Part shown: positions 22,601 to 27,220 of the stretch, one piece after another
Layout of the letters: each line of letters starts with the position of its first letter
How positions within the stretch are numbered: position 1 is the stretch's first letter
Assembly: GCA_963702895.1 (NCBI GenBank)
Contig: OY969767.1
Span: 1,856,001-1,920,000, forward strand
Source: an uncultured Elusimicrobia bacterium
GTDB lineage: Bacteria > Elusimicrobiota > Elusimicrobia > 2-01-FULL-59-12
Length of the DNA stretch: 64,000 bases
Direction of reading: 5' to 3'
Made by a program: the position numbers and the translations under genes
The notes under the pieces: generated by a model
The model's input: only the letters and a program-made list of their open reading frames with translations
Database searches by the model: none
What the model was told of the DNA's origin: nothing

Positions 22601-25600
22601 CATGGAGGCGAACACCCAGTTCACGTTGTTGCCGGAGTCCGCGCAGCCCTGGTTGTTTGTGGTGCAGTAAAGCGTTTGGCCGCCCGAGGCGTTGTTGTCC
22701 TTGACGTCCAAGTAGGCGAGGCTCTGGACACCGGAGGTGGACAGAGCCAGATAGGCTTGGGTGCTCGGGGTGCTCGAGCGCAGGTACAGGCGCGTCGTCG
22801 TGGACACCCCCACCAGGGTGAGCGTGCCCTGCACCGTTTGCGTGGAGCCCGCCGGGAAGGTCACCGTGTCTGTTCCGACCGCGTATTTCACGAAGTCGTA
22901 GAAAGTGGTCGAGCCCATGAGGCGCTGGTTTGTGCCGTTGAAGGTTACGGAGGACGCTCGGGCGTTGAAGGTGCCGCCCGCAGCGATCCAGTTGGAGCTC
23001 ACTGTGAGGCTGTAGCTGCTGGTCGTGACATCGAGCGTCCCCGCCGAAAGGGTCAGGTTCTCTTTGATGGTGAGTCCGCCGGTGGCGCTAAAGGTCCCGC
23101 CCGAGCCATTAATAAGGAGATTGCGATACGTCCAGGTCGAGAGCACCACCGAAGCCCCGGTGGCGTTGTAGGTGACGGTGGAGCCGGCGAGCGTCTCGGG
23201 GGCCAGGGCCACGGTCTCGCTTCCTTTTAAGACGAGTGTCCCCGAAACGGTGAAACTGGACGGGGTGAAGTTGTACCCGGCCAGGGTCAAGGTCCCGCCG
23301 GCGTTCACGGCGGCCGTGCTGATGACGGTCGCCGCGCCCAGCGTCACGGCGTCATTGTTCAGGATCACCACCGCGTCGCAGACCCCCGGCGTGCCCGAGG
23401 GACTCCAGGTGGCGGCGCTTGACCAGTTGCCGCCGCCCGTGCCGTTCGAGTTGTAGGTGCTGCCTCCCCCCGCGAACGTCCAATTGACCGTGTGCCCCAG
23501 GTTTTGGGACGGGCAGCCGGCATTGATCGTTTGGCCGCCGTTCGAGCCGGCGTCATTGTCGATCACTTCCACGTAACTGACGTTGTTCGACCCGGTGTTG
23601 TTGAAGTAGGCGTAGGTGCCGGGGACCGTTGAGCGGATCGCGACACGCTTGCCGCTGGAGCCGTTCAAGGACAGAGTGGTGAAGGTGAACGTTGAATTGG
23701 CCTGGAAGTAGACCGTGGTCGCGCTGGCAAGACCTGCGCCATTCAAATAGAAGGTGCTTGCGGTGAAGCTGGAGGCAAACGTCACGCCGCCGGAGGAGGT
23801 GTTGGAATCGACCAAAATAGTGAAGCTCGTGCCGCTGGGTTCATTAAAGGTTTGCGCGGCGCTGCCACTCAAGGTGATGGTGCTGGTGTTGGCGACGAAT
23901 TTCCCACCGCCATTGGTCCAGTTGCCACCCAGGGTGATCGCGGCACTCGAGGTGTCCAGAGTTCCAGCGTTCAGGGCCATGGTGCCGGTGAGTGTCAGGG
24001 TGTCCTTCATGGTCAACCCGGCGCCGTTGACGGTGACGCTATAGAACGATTTGCCGGCAGAGGTGGACTGCTGGACCGAAGCCCCCGCGAAGATCACGGT
24101 GCTCGTCCCGGCGTCAAAATTGCCGGAGCCGGTGAGGTCGATCCCGGAACCATTTAAGGTGACGACGGACGTCCCGAGCTGGACCACGCCGGTCTGGCGC
24201 CAAATACCGTTCACCGTGACGGAACTGCCGGCCGGCTGCAAGGCTCCCGCGATGACTAAATTGTTGTTGGTTGTGATCTGACCTTTGGGTTGATAAGGGG
24301 TGCCGCCCCAGACGTAGAGCGATTTGCCAGAAGCCGTCGTGAGCGCCGTGCCGGCGACGGAGTAGATCGCGCTCATATCGGCGTTGCCGTTGTGCGCGGC
24401 GGCCAAGAGGGCGTTGGTGGCCGGGGTGCCGTCGGCAAGATCCGAGCGTACGATCAGGTGGTCCTGGTAGAGATCGATCATGGCCTTCGATTCAGCGGAG
24501 GCCAGCACGGCCGTGACCGCTTTCTCAGACGCCCCGGAGAGATAGAGCGCGATCGTGGTGCCGGCTGTTAAATTCAAACCGCTGAATGTAAACTTCCCGC
24601 TGGAATCAGTCGTGGCGGTGTAAGCCGGCGCGGCGCCGTTGACCGAGAGCGCCACCGTGCGGCCCGACCCCAACGGCGTAGTGCCGGTGTCCGCATAAGC
24701 AGTGCCCGAGATGCCGGGCACTGAAATCATCGCGAACCCTACCGCCGGCCGGCCGCCGATGGCGGTGAAGTCGCCTCCCACGTACGCCGTCCCGCCCGAA
24801 ACCACCAAGGCCCTGACGGCGTTATTGGCGCTGGGGTTCCAAGAGGTGGCGTTGCCTGAGGCATCCAAGGCGGCGATCTTGTTGCGCGTCTGGCCGCCGA
24901 TGGAGGTGAAGTCGCCTCCCACATACGCCGTCCCACCCGAAACCGCCAAGGCTCTGACGGTGCCGCCGGCGTTGGGGTTCCAGGAGGTCGCGTTGCCTGA
25001 GGCATCCAAGGCGGCGATTCGGTTGCGGGTCTGGCCGCCGATCGTGGCAAAGCTGCCTCCTGCGTACACCACGCCGCCTGAAACCGCCAGAGCGCTGACG
25101 GTGCCGCCGGCGTTGGGGTTCCACGAAGTGGCGTTGCCTGAGGCATCCAAGGCGGCGATGCGGCTGCGGGTCTGGCCGCCGATCGTGGCAAAGCTGCCTC
25201 CTGCGTACACCACGCCGCCTGAAACCGCAAGAGCGCTGACGGCGCTGCCGGCGACGGGGTTCCAGGAAGTGGCGTTGCCTGAGGCATTCAAGGCGGCGAT
25301 GTAGCTGCGGGTCTGGCCGCCGATCGTGGTGAATTGGCCTCCCGCATAGACCACTCCGCCGGAGACGGCGAGAGCTGCGACATTATTGTCCACATTGCCG
25401 GCATCCCAGGAAGTGGCGTTGCCTGAGGCATCCAAGGCGGCGATCTTGTTGCGCGTCTGGCCGCCGATCGTGCTGAAGCTTCCTCCCGCATAGACCACTC
25501 CGCCGGAAACCGCCAAGGCTCTGACAGTGTTATTGGCGTTGGGGTTCCAGGAAATGGCGTTGCCGCTTGAGTCCAAGGCGGCGATATTGTTGCGCGTCTG

Positions 25601-27220
25601 GCTTCCCATCATGACAAAGTCGCCTCCCACATACGTCGTCCCGCCCGAAACCGCCAAGGCTCTGACGGTGCCGCCGGCGTTGGGGTTCCAGGAGGTCGCG
25701 TTGCCTGAGGCATCCAAGGCGGCGACGTAGTTGCGCGTCTGGCCGCCGATCGCGGTGAACAAACCGCCTGCATACACCACGCTGCCGGAAACCGCTAGGG
25801 CGCCGATGTTGCCACTGGGGTCGGGGTTCCAGGAAGTGGCGTTGCCACTTGAGTCCAAGGCGGCGATATTGTTGCGCGTCTGGCCGCCGATCGCGGCGAA
25901 GTTTCCTCCCGCATACACCACCCCGCCTGACACCACCAGGGCGGAGACGGCGCCGCTGACGTTGCCAGCGTTCCAGGAGGTGGCGTTGCCTGAGGCATCC
26001 AAGGCGGCGATACTGTTGCGCGTCTGGCCGCCAATCGAGGTGAACCAACCTCCCGCATAAATCACCCCGCCCGAAACAGCCAGGGCGTAGACGCTGGGAG
26101 GACTCTCGACGGGGTTGGGGTTCCAGGAGGTGGCGTTGCCTGAGGCATCCAAGGCGGCGATCTTGTTGCGCGTCTGGCCGCCGATGGAGGTGAAGTCTCC
26201 TCCCGCATACACCACGCCGCCCGAAATCGCCAGGGCTCTGACAGACATATTGGCGTTGGGGTTCCAGGAGGTGGCGGCTCCGCCGCCGCTTGAGTCCAGG
26301 GCGGCGATGTAGTTGCGCGTCTGGCCGCCGATGGAGGTGAAGTCTCCTCCCGCATACACCACGCCGCCCGAAACCGCAAGGGCTAAGACGGCGCTGTTGG
26401 GGTTGGGATTCCAGACCGGATCGACCTGACCACTGGGCAGGATGTGCGCGATGCGGTTGCGCGCGACACCTCCGACAGAGGTGAAGTCGCCTCCGATGTA
26501 CCATCCGCCGCTTCCATCCGGCACCGCCGCGTTGACCACCGTTCCGTAGTCCGATACTGTCACCTTGGGGTAAGGCGAAACCGGCAGCCCGGTGGCCTCG
26601 GAAATCGGCACCCCAGACCCGGTGTTCGGCCCCACCTCCGTGAAAGTCCCGCCAATATAGGTCGTGGTCCCGTCGCGCAGCACGGCGTAAACACTACCGT
26701 TGGTCGTCCAGGCCTGGTTGTTCGGGACGTCCGACATCGGGGCAATCACCCAATTGACGTTGTTGCCGGAATCCGCGCAGCCTTGGTTGTTCGTGGTGCA
26801 GGTTAGCGTCTGGCCGCCCGAGGCGTTGTTGTCTTTGACGTCTAAATAGCCGAGGCTCTGGACACCAGAGGTAGACAGAGCAAGGTAGGCTTGCGTGCTC
26901 GGCGCGCTCGAGCGCAAGGACAAGCGCGTCGTGACCGAAGACCCTTGCAGGGTGAGCGTCCCCAAGACCGTCTGCGTGGAGTTCGCCGGCAGCGTCAAGG
27001 TGTAGGGTGAGGTGGCGATCTTGACTAAATCGAAGAACGTGGTCGAACCCGTCAGGTACTGGTTGGTGCCGTTCAAGGTCACCGCGTTCTGGTTCGGCAC
27101 GAACACCCCGCCGCTGACCACCCAGCCGCCCGCGACCGCAATGCCGTAGTTGCCGCTCGCACTTGTGTTCAATGTTCCTGCCGTGAGCGTCATGGTGGAG
27201 GTGACCGTCATGGAATCCAC
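1619..27220 (-). CDS. Giant surface protein, downstream part (8533-aa ORF): four 14-blade beta-propeller modules and four G8-like/parallel beta-helix modules; frame continues upstream to the frameshift at about 27397
   Basis: Uninterrupted 25.6-kb ORF; blade repeat ALAVSGGVVYAGGxFTTIGGQTRNxIAALDASGNATSWNP; G8-like WSSxxTW..VP..V.I..G.TVTLD and VANLTRNAVVRS; NNTLSGNTVSGN beta-helix repeats. Confidence 0.9.
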   Translation of the reverse strand: MDSMTVTSTMTLTAGTLNTSASGNYGIAVAGGWVVSGGVFVPNQNAVTLNGTNQYLTGSTTFFDLVKIATSPYTLTLPANSTQTVLGTLTLQGSSVTTRLSLRSSAPSTQAYLALSTSGVQSLGYLDVKDNNASGGQTLTCTTNNQGCADSGNNVNWVIAPMSDVPNNQAWTTNGSVYAVLRDGTTTYIGGTFTEVGPNTGSGVPISEATGLPVSPYPKVTVSDYGTVVNAAVPDGSGGWYIGGDFTSVGGVARNRIAHILPSGQVDPVWNPNPNSAVLALAVSGGVVYAGGDFTSIGGQTRNYIAALDSSGGGAATSWNPNANMSVRALAISGGVVYAGGDFTSIGGQTRNKIAALDASGNATSWNPNPVESPPSVYALAVSGGVIYAGGWFTSIGGQTRNSIAALDASGNATSWNAGNVSGAVSALVVSGGVVYAGGNFAAIGGQTRNNIAALDSSGNATSWNPDPSGNIGALAVSGSVVYAGGLFTAIGGQTRNYVAALDASGNATSWNPNAGGTVRALAVSGGTTYVGGDFVMMGSQTRNNIAALDSSGNAISWNPNANNTVRALAVSGGVVYAGGSFSTIGGQTRNKIAALDASGNATSWDAGNVDNNVAALAVSGGVVYAGGQFTTIGGQTRSYIAALNASGNATSWNPVAGSAVSALAVSGGVVYAGGSFATIGGQTRSRIAALDASGNATSWNPNAGGTVSALAVSGGVVYAGGSFATIGGQTRNRIAALDASGNATSWNPNAGGTVRALAVSGGTAYVGGDFTSIGGQTRNKIAALDASGNATSWNPSANNAVRALVVSGGTAYVGGDFTAIGGRPAVGFAMISVPGISGTAYADTGTTPLGSGRTVALSVNGAAPAYTATTDSSGKFTFSGLNLTAGTTIALYLSGASEKAVTAVLASAESKAMIDLYQDHLIVRSDLADGTPATNALLAAAHNGNADMSAIYSVAGTALTTASGKSLYVWGGTPYQPKGQITTNNNLVIAGALQPAGSSVTVNGIWRQTGVVQLGTSVVTLNGSGIDLTGSGNFDAGTSTVIFAGASVQQSTSAGKSFYSVTVNGAGLTMKDTLTLTGTMALNAGTLDTSSAAITLGGNWTNGGGKFVANTSTITLSGSAAQTFNEPSGTSFTILVDSNTSSGGVTFASSFTASTFYLNGAGLASATTVYFQANSTFTFTTLSLNGSSGKRVAIRSTVPGTYAYFNNTGSNNVSYVEVIDNDAGSNGGQTINAGCPSQNLGHTVNWTFAGGGSTYNSNGTGGGNWSSAATWSPSGTPGVCDAVVILNNDAVTLGAATVISTAAVNAGGTLTLAGYNFTPSSFTVSGTLVLKGSETVALAPETLAGSTVTYNATGASVVLSTWTYRNLLINGSGGTFSATGGLTIKENLTLSAGTLDVTTSSYSLTVSSNWIAAGGTFNARASSVTFNGTNQRLMGSTTFYDFVKYAVGTDTVTFPAGSTQTVQGTLTLVGVSTTTRLYLRSSTPSTQAYLALSTSGVQSLAYLDVKDNNASGGQTLYCTTNNQGCADSGNNVNWVFASMSDVPNDQAWVTNGTVYAILRDGTTTYIGGDFTQVGPNTGSGVPISETTGLMVSPYPKVAGSVNAAVPDGSGGWYIGGSFTHVGGVARNRIAHILPSGQVDPSWNPNAGSSVNALAVSGGVVYAGGSFTTIGGQTRNRIAALDASGGGAATSWNAGAVDNSVYALAVSGGVVYAGGYFTTIGGQARNYIAALDASGNATSWNPNAVSNVSALAVSGAVVYAGGAFTTIGGQTRNYIAALDASGNATSWNPNAGNPVSALAVSGGVVYAGGSFNTIGGQTRNRIAALDASGNATSWNPNAGSSVSALAVSGGVVYAGGSFTTIGGQTRNRIAALDASGGGAATSWNAGAVDNSVYALAVSGGVVYAGGYFTTIGGQTRNRIAALDSSGNATSWNAGAVDNIVYALAVSGGVVYAGGSFTTIGGQTRNRIAALDSSGNATSWNPNAGNPVNALAVSGGVVYAGGSFTTIGGQTRNRIAALDASGGGAATSWDPNAGSGVSALAVSGGVVYAGGAFTTIGGQTRNRIAALDASGGGAATSWDPNAGSSVSALAVSGGVVYAGGFFTTIGGQTRNRIAALDASGGGAATSWDPNAGSGVNALAVSGGVVYAGGWFTTIGGQTRNRIAALDASGNATSWDPNAGSGVYALAVSGGTAYVGGSFTTIGGRPAQGFAMISVPGISGTAYADTGTTPLGSGRTVALSVNGATPAYTTVTNSSGQFNFTGLNLTAGTTIALYLSGAAEKAVTAVLASAESNAQIDLYQDHLIVRSDVPEGTPITNALLAAAHNGNADMTAIYSVSGNSLTTASGKSLYVWPGRVYQPQGQVTTNQNLVVAGAFQSQGSSVTVNGLWNQTGAVYLGTSVVTLNGAGIVLTSSSTFDAGTSTVIFAGASVQQSTSAGKSFYSVTVDGAGLTLKDAITMTGSLALNAGTLDTSSAAIVLGGNWTNGGGKFIPNTSTITFIGSATQTFNEPSGTSFTMLVDSNTSSGGVTFASSFTANTFYLNGAGLSSATTVYFQANSTFTFTTLSLNGASGKRVAIRSTAPGTYAYFNNTGSNNVSYVEVIDNDAGAAGGQTIAAGCPSQNLGHTVNWTFSGGGTAYNSNGTGGGNWSSAATWSPSGTPGSCDAVVILNNDAVTLGAATVISTAAVNAGGTLTLAGYNFTPSSFTLSGTLVLKGSETVTLAPNTLAGSTVTYNATGASVVLSTWTYRNLLINGSGGTFSATGGLTIRENLTLSAGTLDMTTSSYSVTISSNWIASGGTFTARASSVTFNGTYQRLTGSTTFYDFVKYAVATDTITFPANSTQTVQGTLTLVGVSTTTRLYLRSSTPSTQAYLALSTSGVQSLSYLDVKDNNASGGQQLVCTTNNQGCLDSGNNTNWVFAPMSDIPNEQAWGTNGTVYAVLHDGTTTYIGGSFTQVGPNIGAGVPLSEATGLPVLPYPKVTVSQYGGIRAAVPDGSGGWYIGGNFTHVGGVARNNIAHILPSGQVDPAWNPNASSIVYALAVSGGVVYAGGFFTTIGGQTRNRIAALDTATGNATSWNPNASGGVAYVQALAVSGSLVYAGGSFTTIGGQTRSGIAALDTTTGNATSWNPNAGGFWPYVHALAVSGGTVYAGGHFTTIGGQTRNYIAALDASGNATSWNPNASYYVHALVASGGTVYVAGEFITIGGQTRNRIAALNASGNATSWNPNANNTVSALALSGGTMYAGGYFTTIGGQTRNRMAALDASGNASSWNAGNVDSTVYALAVSGGVLYAGGYFSSIGGQTRNYIAALDASGNPTAWNPNANSTVRALVASGGTVYAGGNFSSIGGQTRNYIAALDASGNATSWNPNASSTIYTLALSGGLMYVGGNFNSIGGQTRNRIAALDGSGNATSWNPDGDSSVLALAVSDNLVYVGGSFSSIGGQTRNRIAALDASGNATSWNPDTINGFDIDDFAFSGGLVYAGGYFLGIGGQSRSHLAALNVSGTGSATSWDPDPSDPVWTLEISGGVVYVGGAFHTIGPQSRERLAVINLSGTGTATSWNPNANDEVKALTVSGGIMYVGGQFTAIGGRPARGFAMLSVPGITGTAYADTGTTPLGSGRTVALSVNGAAPAYTATTNGSGQFTFTGLNLTPGTTIALYLSGASEKAVTAVLASGESNAQIDLYQDHLIVRSDVPEGTPVTNALLAAAHNGNVDMSAIYSVTGNALTTASGKSLYVMSNRVYQPKGQLTTGNNLVIAGILQPQGSSVTVNGEWRQTGAVYLGTSVVTLNGSGIVLSSSSTFDAGTSTVIFAGASVQQSTSAGKSFYSVTVSGAGLTLKDAITLTGSLALNAGTLDTSSAAIVLGGNWTNGGGKFIPNTSTLTFSGSAAQTFNEPSGTSFTMLVDSNTTSGGVTFASSFTANTFYLNGAGLSSATTVYFQANSTFTFTTLSLNGASGKRVAIRSTAPGTYAYFNNTGSNNVSYVEVIDNDAGAAGGQTIAAGCPSQNLGHTVNWTFSGGGTAYNSNGTGGGNWSSAATWSPSGTPGSCDAVVILNNDAVTLGAATVISTAAVNAGGTLTLAGYNFTPSSFTLSGTLVLKGSETVTLAPNTLAGSTVTYNATGASVVLSTWTYRNLLINGSGGTFNATGGLTIQENLTLSAGTLDMTTSSYSVTISSNWAASGGAFTARGSSVTFNGTHQSLTGSTTFFDLVKIATSPYTLTLPANSTQTVLGTLTLQGSSVTTRLSLRSSTPSTQAYLALSTSGVQSLGYLDVKDNNASGGQTLYCTTNNQGCVDSGNNVNWVIVPMSDIPNDQAWTTNGTVIAVLRDGTTTYIGGSFTMVGPNTGSGVPISEATGLPVSPYAKVAGAVYAAVPDGRGGWYIGGWFTHVGGLARNNIAHILPSGQVDPAWNPNAEGSGVVALAFSGGTVYVGGEFTTIGGQTRNRIAALDLSGNATSWNAGAVNNFVRALAVSGGVVYAGGNFTTIGGQTRNRIAALDASGNATSWNAGAVNDSVRAVAVSGGVVYAGGSFTTIGGQTRNRIAALDASGNATSWNAGAVNNDVNALAVSGGVVYAGGYFTTIGGQTRNRIAALDASGNATSWNAGAVNSGVVALAVSDGVVYAGGGFTTIGGQTRNSIAALDSSGNATSWNPNASAVVSALAVSGGVVYAGGSFTTIGGQSRNYIAALDSSGNATSWNAGTVNNTVSALAVSGGVVYAGGNFTTIGGQTRNYIAALDASGNATSWNAGAVNSSVVALAVSGGVVYAGGSFTTIGGQTRNYIAALDSSGNATSWNAGTVNNTVSALAVSGGVVYAGGNFTTIGGQTRNYIAALDSSGNATSWNAGTVNNTVSALAVSGGVVYAGGNFTTIGGQTRNRIAALDSSGNATAWNVGNVNIGVNALAVSGGVVYAGGNFTTIGGQTRNRIAALDSSGNATSWNPNANGEVKALVVSGGTAYVGGNFSAIGGRQVGFFAMISLPGISGTAYADTGTTPLGSGRTVALSVNGAAPAYTATTDTSGQFTFSGLNLTPGATIALYLSGASEKAVTAVLASGESNAQIDLYQDHLIVRSDVPEGTPVTNALLAAANNGNADMTAIYSVTGTALTTASGKSLYVWPATSYKPKGQLTTNQNLVIAGGLQPEGSSVTVNGVWRQTGVVQLGTSVVTLNGSGIDLTGSGNFDAGTSTVIFAGASVQQSTCAGKSFYHMQVTGAGLTLKDALQTAGSLTLSSGTFTAGSSSITVAGDVTISTNTVFNAGTSTMTLSGSAVQNVWSSTRTYAWLDITNTSAGGVRFRDSLVVGTFTALAQGTTLQFAVAPSSFSALNSLSLGPPSGTKLGLRSVKDSSQWLIVLATGATQSVQNVNVKDSNASGGIQIVTDCESVNAGNNLWWSFGGPITSNGTGGGNWSSASTWKTAKVPGTCNAVTILAGDVVTLDTGLGTASTTTVNGTLQFSTVQSSTFTLVKGSMTVAAGGTLTLGTAATPIPAGSTATLVLAYGGTAGQYGLTINNGGNFVVYGSTKTPYTSATSDVGPGATSVSVVAPITGWQNGDLITIDTEAVTLTSIDGGNLSFTPALTINHYASTPTIVANLTRNAVVRSSGTDTLANTAYIQNLARSATSFSLTYGEFAFLGAAFDARRYGLAWDGTAAKGSISSSTVHDGYSGVTLRSGAQGIHINQNVIYRMAYIGIVFSNASTNTVSGNIVSGNAASGILVSNSSIHNIFSGNRVLGNLLAGISHYGTSTQNTYSGNLVSGNTDGGISIASANNTLSGNTVSGNSGGDAIRITGSNNTLSGNNVVGNQGLGINIRDSVSNIILIGNQVSGNTSYGLQLYNAVTNNTLIGNNVWGNSNIGIHVENSTHNVVIDSRFGYDAAGAPSADGTAEISFNTANAETLLLKNTRVNPTVGINLTGFNRPGNYLLSYNQDLDTGTVRVYGDYTVSGSTLALDYASRLYLSSATTPSLKRAVGGTHTSSVTWTSDANAVSQLITITYNSALTRWEVSGSSTPGTLCTISGAAGGSTDCPAAGPQFHLTVVGATPVDGDFLDFALLAASQDQNLQKKLKFGKSASSGSTWNNNTGRSKLTVAPGAGFQAVGVSTSPTLVSWLDSSSTYYTFVSSGMFTVQHASFTRMDEDGIQLSGTGPFFVRYSTFDYVGGRAGVTAGRLLSLNDVTQSTVTLIGVHYGNNGDAALTNKYNYTILGSSTGLQWANGGYEGALAGDAFEQNDTSNKILWGRGCETVTSVASASWGLDSTWDKGYVPTSCNPVVIAAGHTVTLDISSATASTTTINGTLAFSTVNSSTLTMVGGNMTVAAGGTLTLGTAAAPLVSPALASLILASGTYAGQYGLIVNNGGNFVVYGATKTPYTTATADVAKSATHVDVVGPMTGWNVGDLITIDSVTATITGFSGSGVDFTPGTISAYYSTMPLIVANLTRNAVVRSSGTNTSANTAYLKSLVENATSFVVTYGEFIYLGNSNSCTGNNTCGVSLTYVGLGYPRGSISSSTVRNGYYGIHLYGANSALMLMNNIYNNTQGYYVRSTLSTAFTSNNVYASSGGGFDVGFGSHYNTFNSNYVYRNGAGGFGMNGATNNSLTLNRIFSNTSSGLYMVGSANNNTIVSNLVYGNNDGFALEGVNSNILIANSLYSNVAGIDSWGGSKDNICVDCFIGYSSAAVSLPNGNPEIELHGASSTTLVLKNSWVNPTPGIQTTGFTTAGSYLVNYSTNPGTLQVYGDYNIVGSTLTLDYASQLYTSTATNLKVMWGSGSTFAVNSTSDTTAVSQLVTITWTGLAWEVQGSSTGYMGSYNTSGVSKPFPAAGPTQFMLTVTYTTPAAGDMADFALLAASQDAGVQKKLLFGKSATSGSTWNNNTGRSKITVAPGAGFRAVGVPAAPTLVSWLGSSSTYYTFVSSGMFTVQHASFTRMDEDGIQLSGTGPFFVRYSTFDYVGGRAGVTAGRLLSLNDVTQSTVTLIGVHYGNNGDAALTNKYNYTILGSSTGLQWANGGYEGALAGDAFEQNDTSNKITWGYGCETVTSVASASWGLDSTWDKGYVPTSCNPVVIAAGHTVTLDISSATASTTTINGTLQFSTVNSSTLTMVGGGMTVAAGGTLTLGTAADPLVSPALASLILASGTYAGQYGLIVNNGGNFVVYGSTKTPYTTATSDVGPGATSVSVVAPVTGWSNGDLITIDTEAVTLTSIDGGNLSFTPALTINHYASTPTIVANLTRNAVVRSSGTDTLANTAYIQNLARSATSFSLTYGEFTFLGAAFDARRYGLAWDGTAAKGSISSSTVHDGYSGVTLRSGAQGIHINQNVIYRMAYIGIVFSNASTNTVSGNIVSGNAASGILVSNSSIHNIFSGNRVLGNLLAGISHYGTSTQNTYSGNIVSGNTDGGISIASANNTLSGNTVSGNSGGDAIRITGSNNTLSGNNVVGNQGLGINIRDSVSNIILIGNQVSGNTSYGLQLYNAVTNNTLIGNNVWGNSNIGIHVENSTHNVVIDSRFGYDAAGAPSANGTAEIYFNNSSNAETLLMKNTRVNPSPGIFLNGFNNPGNYVLSYNQDFATGTVRVYGNYAVSGSTMALDYASRLYQSSATMPSLKRAVGGTHTSSVTWTSDANAVSQLITITYNSALTRWEVTGSSTPGTLCTISGAAGGSTDCPAAGPQFHLTVVGATPVDGDFLDFALLAASQDQNVQKKLLFGKSATTGSTWNNNTGRSKITIAPGAGYRSIGVSGYPTIVDWLDSSATYYTFVSSGMFTVQHASFTRMDEDGIQLSGTGPFFVRYSTFDYVGGRAGVTAGRLLSLNDVTQSTVTLIGVHYGNNGDAALTNKYNYTIAGSSTGLQWANGGYEGALAGDAFEQNDTSNKITWGYGCETVTSVGTGSWGLESTWDKGYVPTSCNPVVIAAGHTVTLDISSATASTTTINGTLAFSTVDSSTLTMVGGDMTVAAGGTLTLGTAANPIVAGSTATLILSSGTYAGQYGLIVNNGGNFVVRGSTKTPFTTVTGAGTVGPGVTSFSVGDATGWQVGDTITIDTEAVTIAAISGTTISSYAPGLGQIHYATMTVRVGNLSRNAVIRSSGTSTATNTAYLYSLAAHTTSFDVNYGEFAYLGADIWYQQGVWLRTGATGSVSSSTIHHGYRGLVPQSTNGTFASNNIYACADIGVMVTGGSGNVVTGNNIYANGKEGIMLNSTSGGHTVRGNNVFKQTAIDGGIASYNSNNNNISFNNIYSNVVGLFLQVGSGGGNTISSNTIYGNTNGVRVQNTTGNVLTGGSLGYDALGNSRPNTTEIYLHEGYTDNLTLKAVRVNPTFALPITGFNKAGNYLISYNQSFDTGTVRVWGDYTVSGATFTLSYASETYTGAGDANWQKRLLFGPSSSTFNNGRSKIAVAPGAGFQAVGVSTSPTLVSWLDSSSTYYTFVSSGTFTVQYATFTNVDENGLWLSGSDGISLNNATFDYAGSGVSSTSTYITASAVVSTATFNSLEFLKSRSNGANYNISVVGSDAGLLWTLQRYSGILGGENFERNDPSNKVRWGMHKYSEGMWHIMD
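12300..14285 (-). repeat. Propeller module 5 (14 blades, about 141-bp units)
   Basis: 14 GGxF blade motifs counted in the translation. Confidence 0.85.
16430..18440 (-). repeat. Propeller module 4 (14 blades)
   Basis: 14 GGxF/AGxF blade motifs counted. Confidence 0.85.
20580..22577 (-). repeat. Propeller module 3 (14 blades)
   Basis: 14 GGxF blade motifs counted. Confidence 0.85.
24720..26715 (-). repeat. Propeller module 2 (14 blades)
   Basis: 14 GGxF blade motifs counted. Confidence 0.85.
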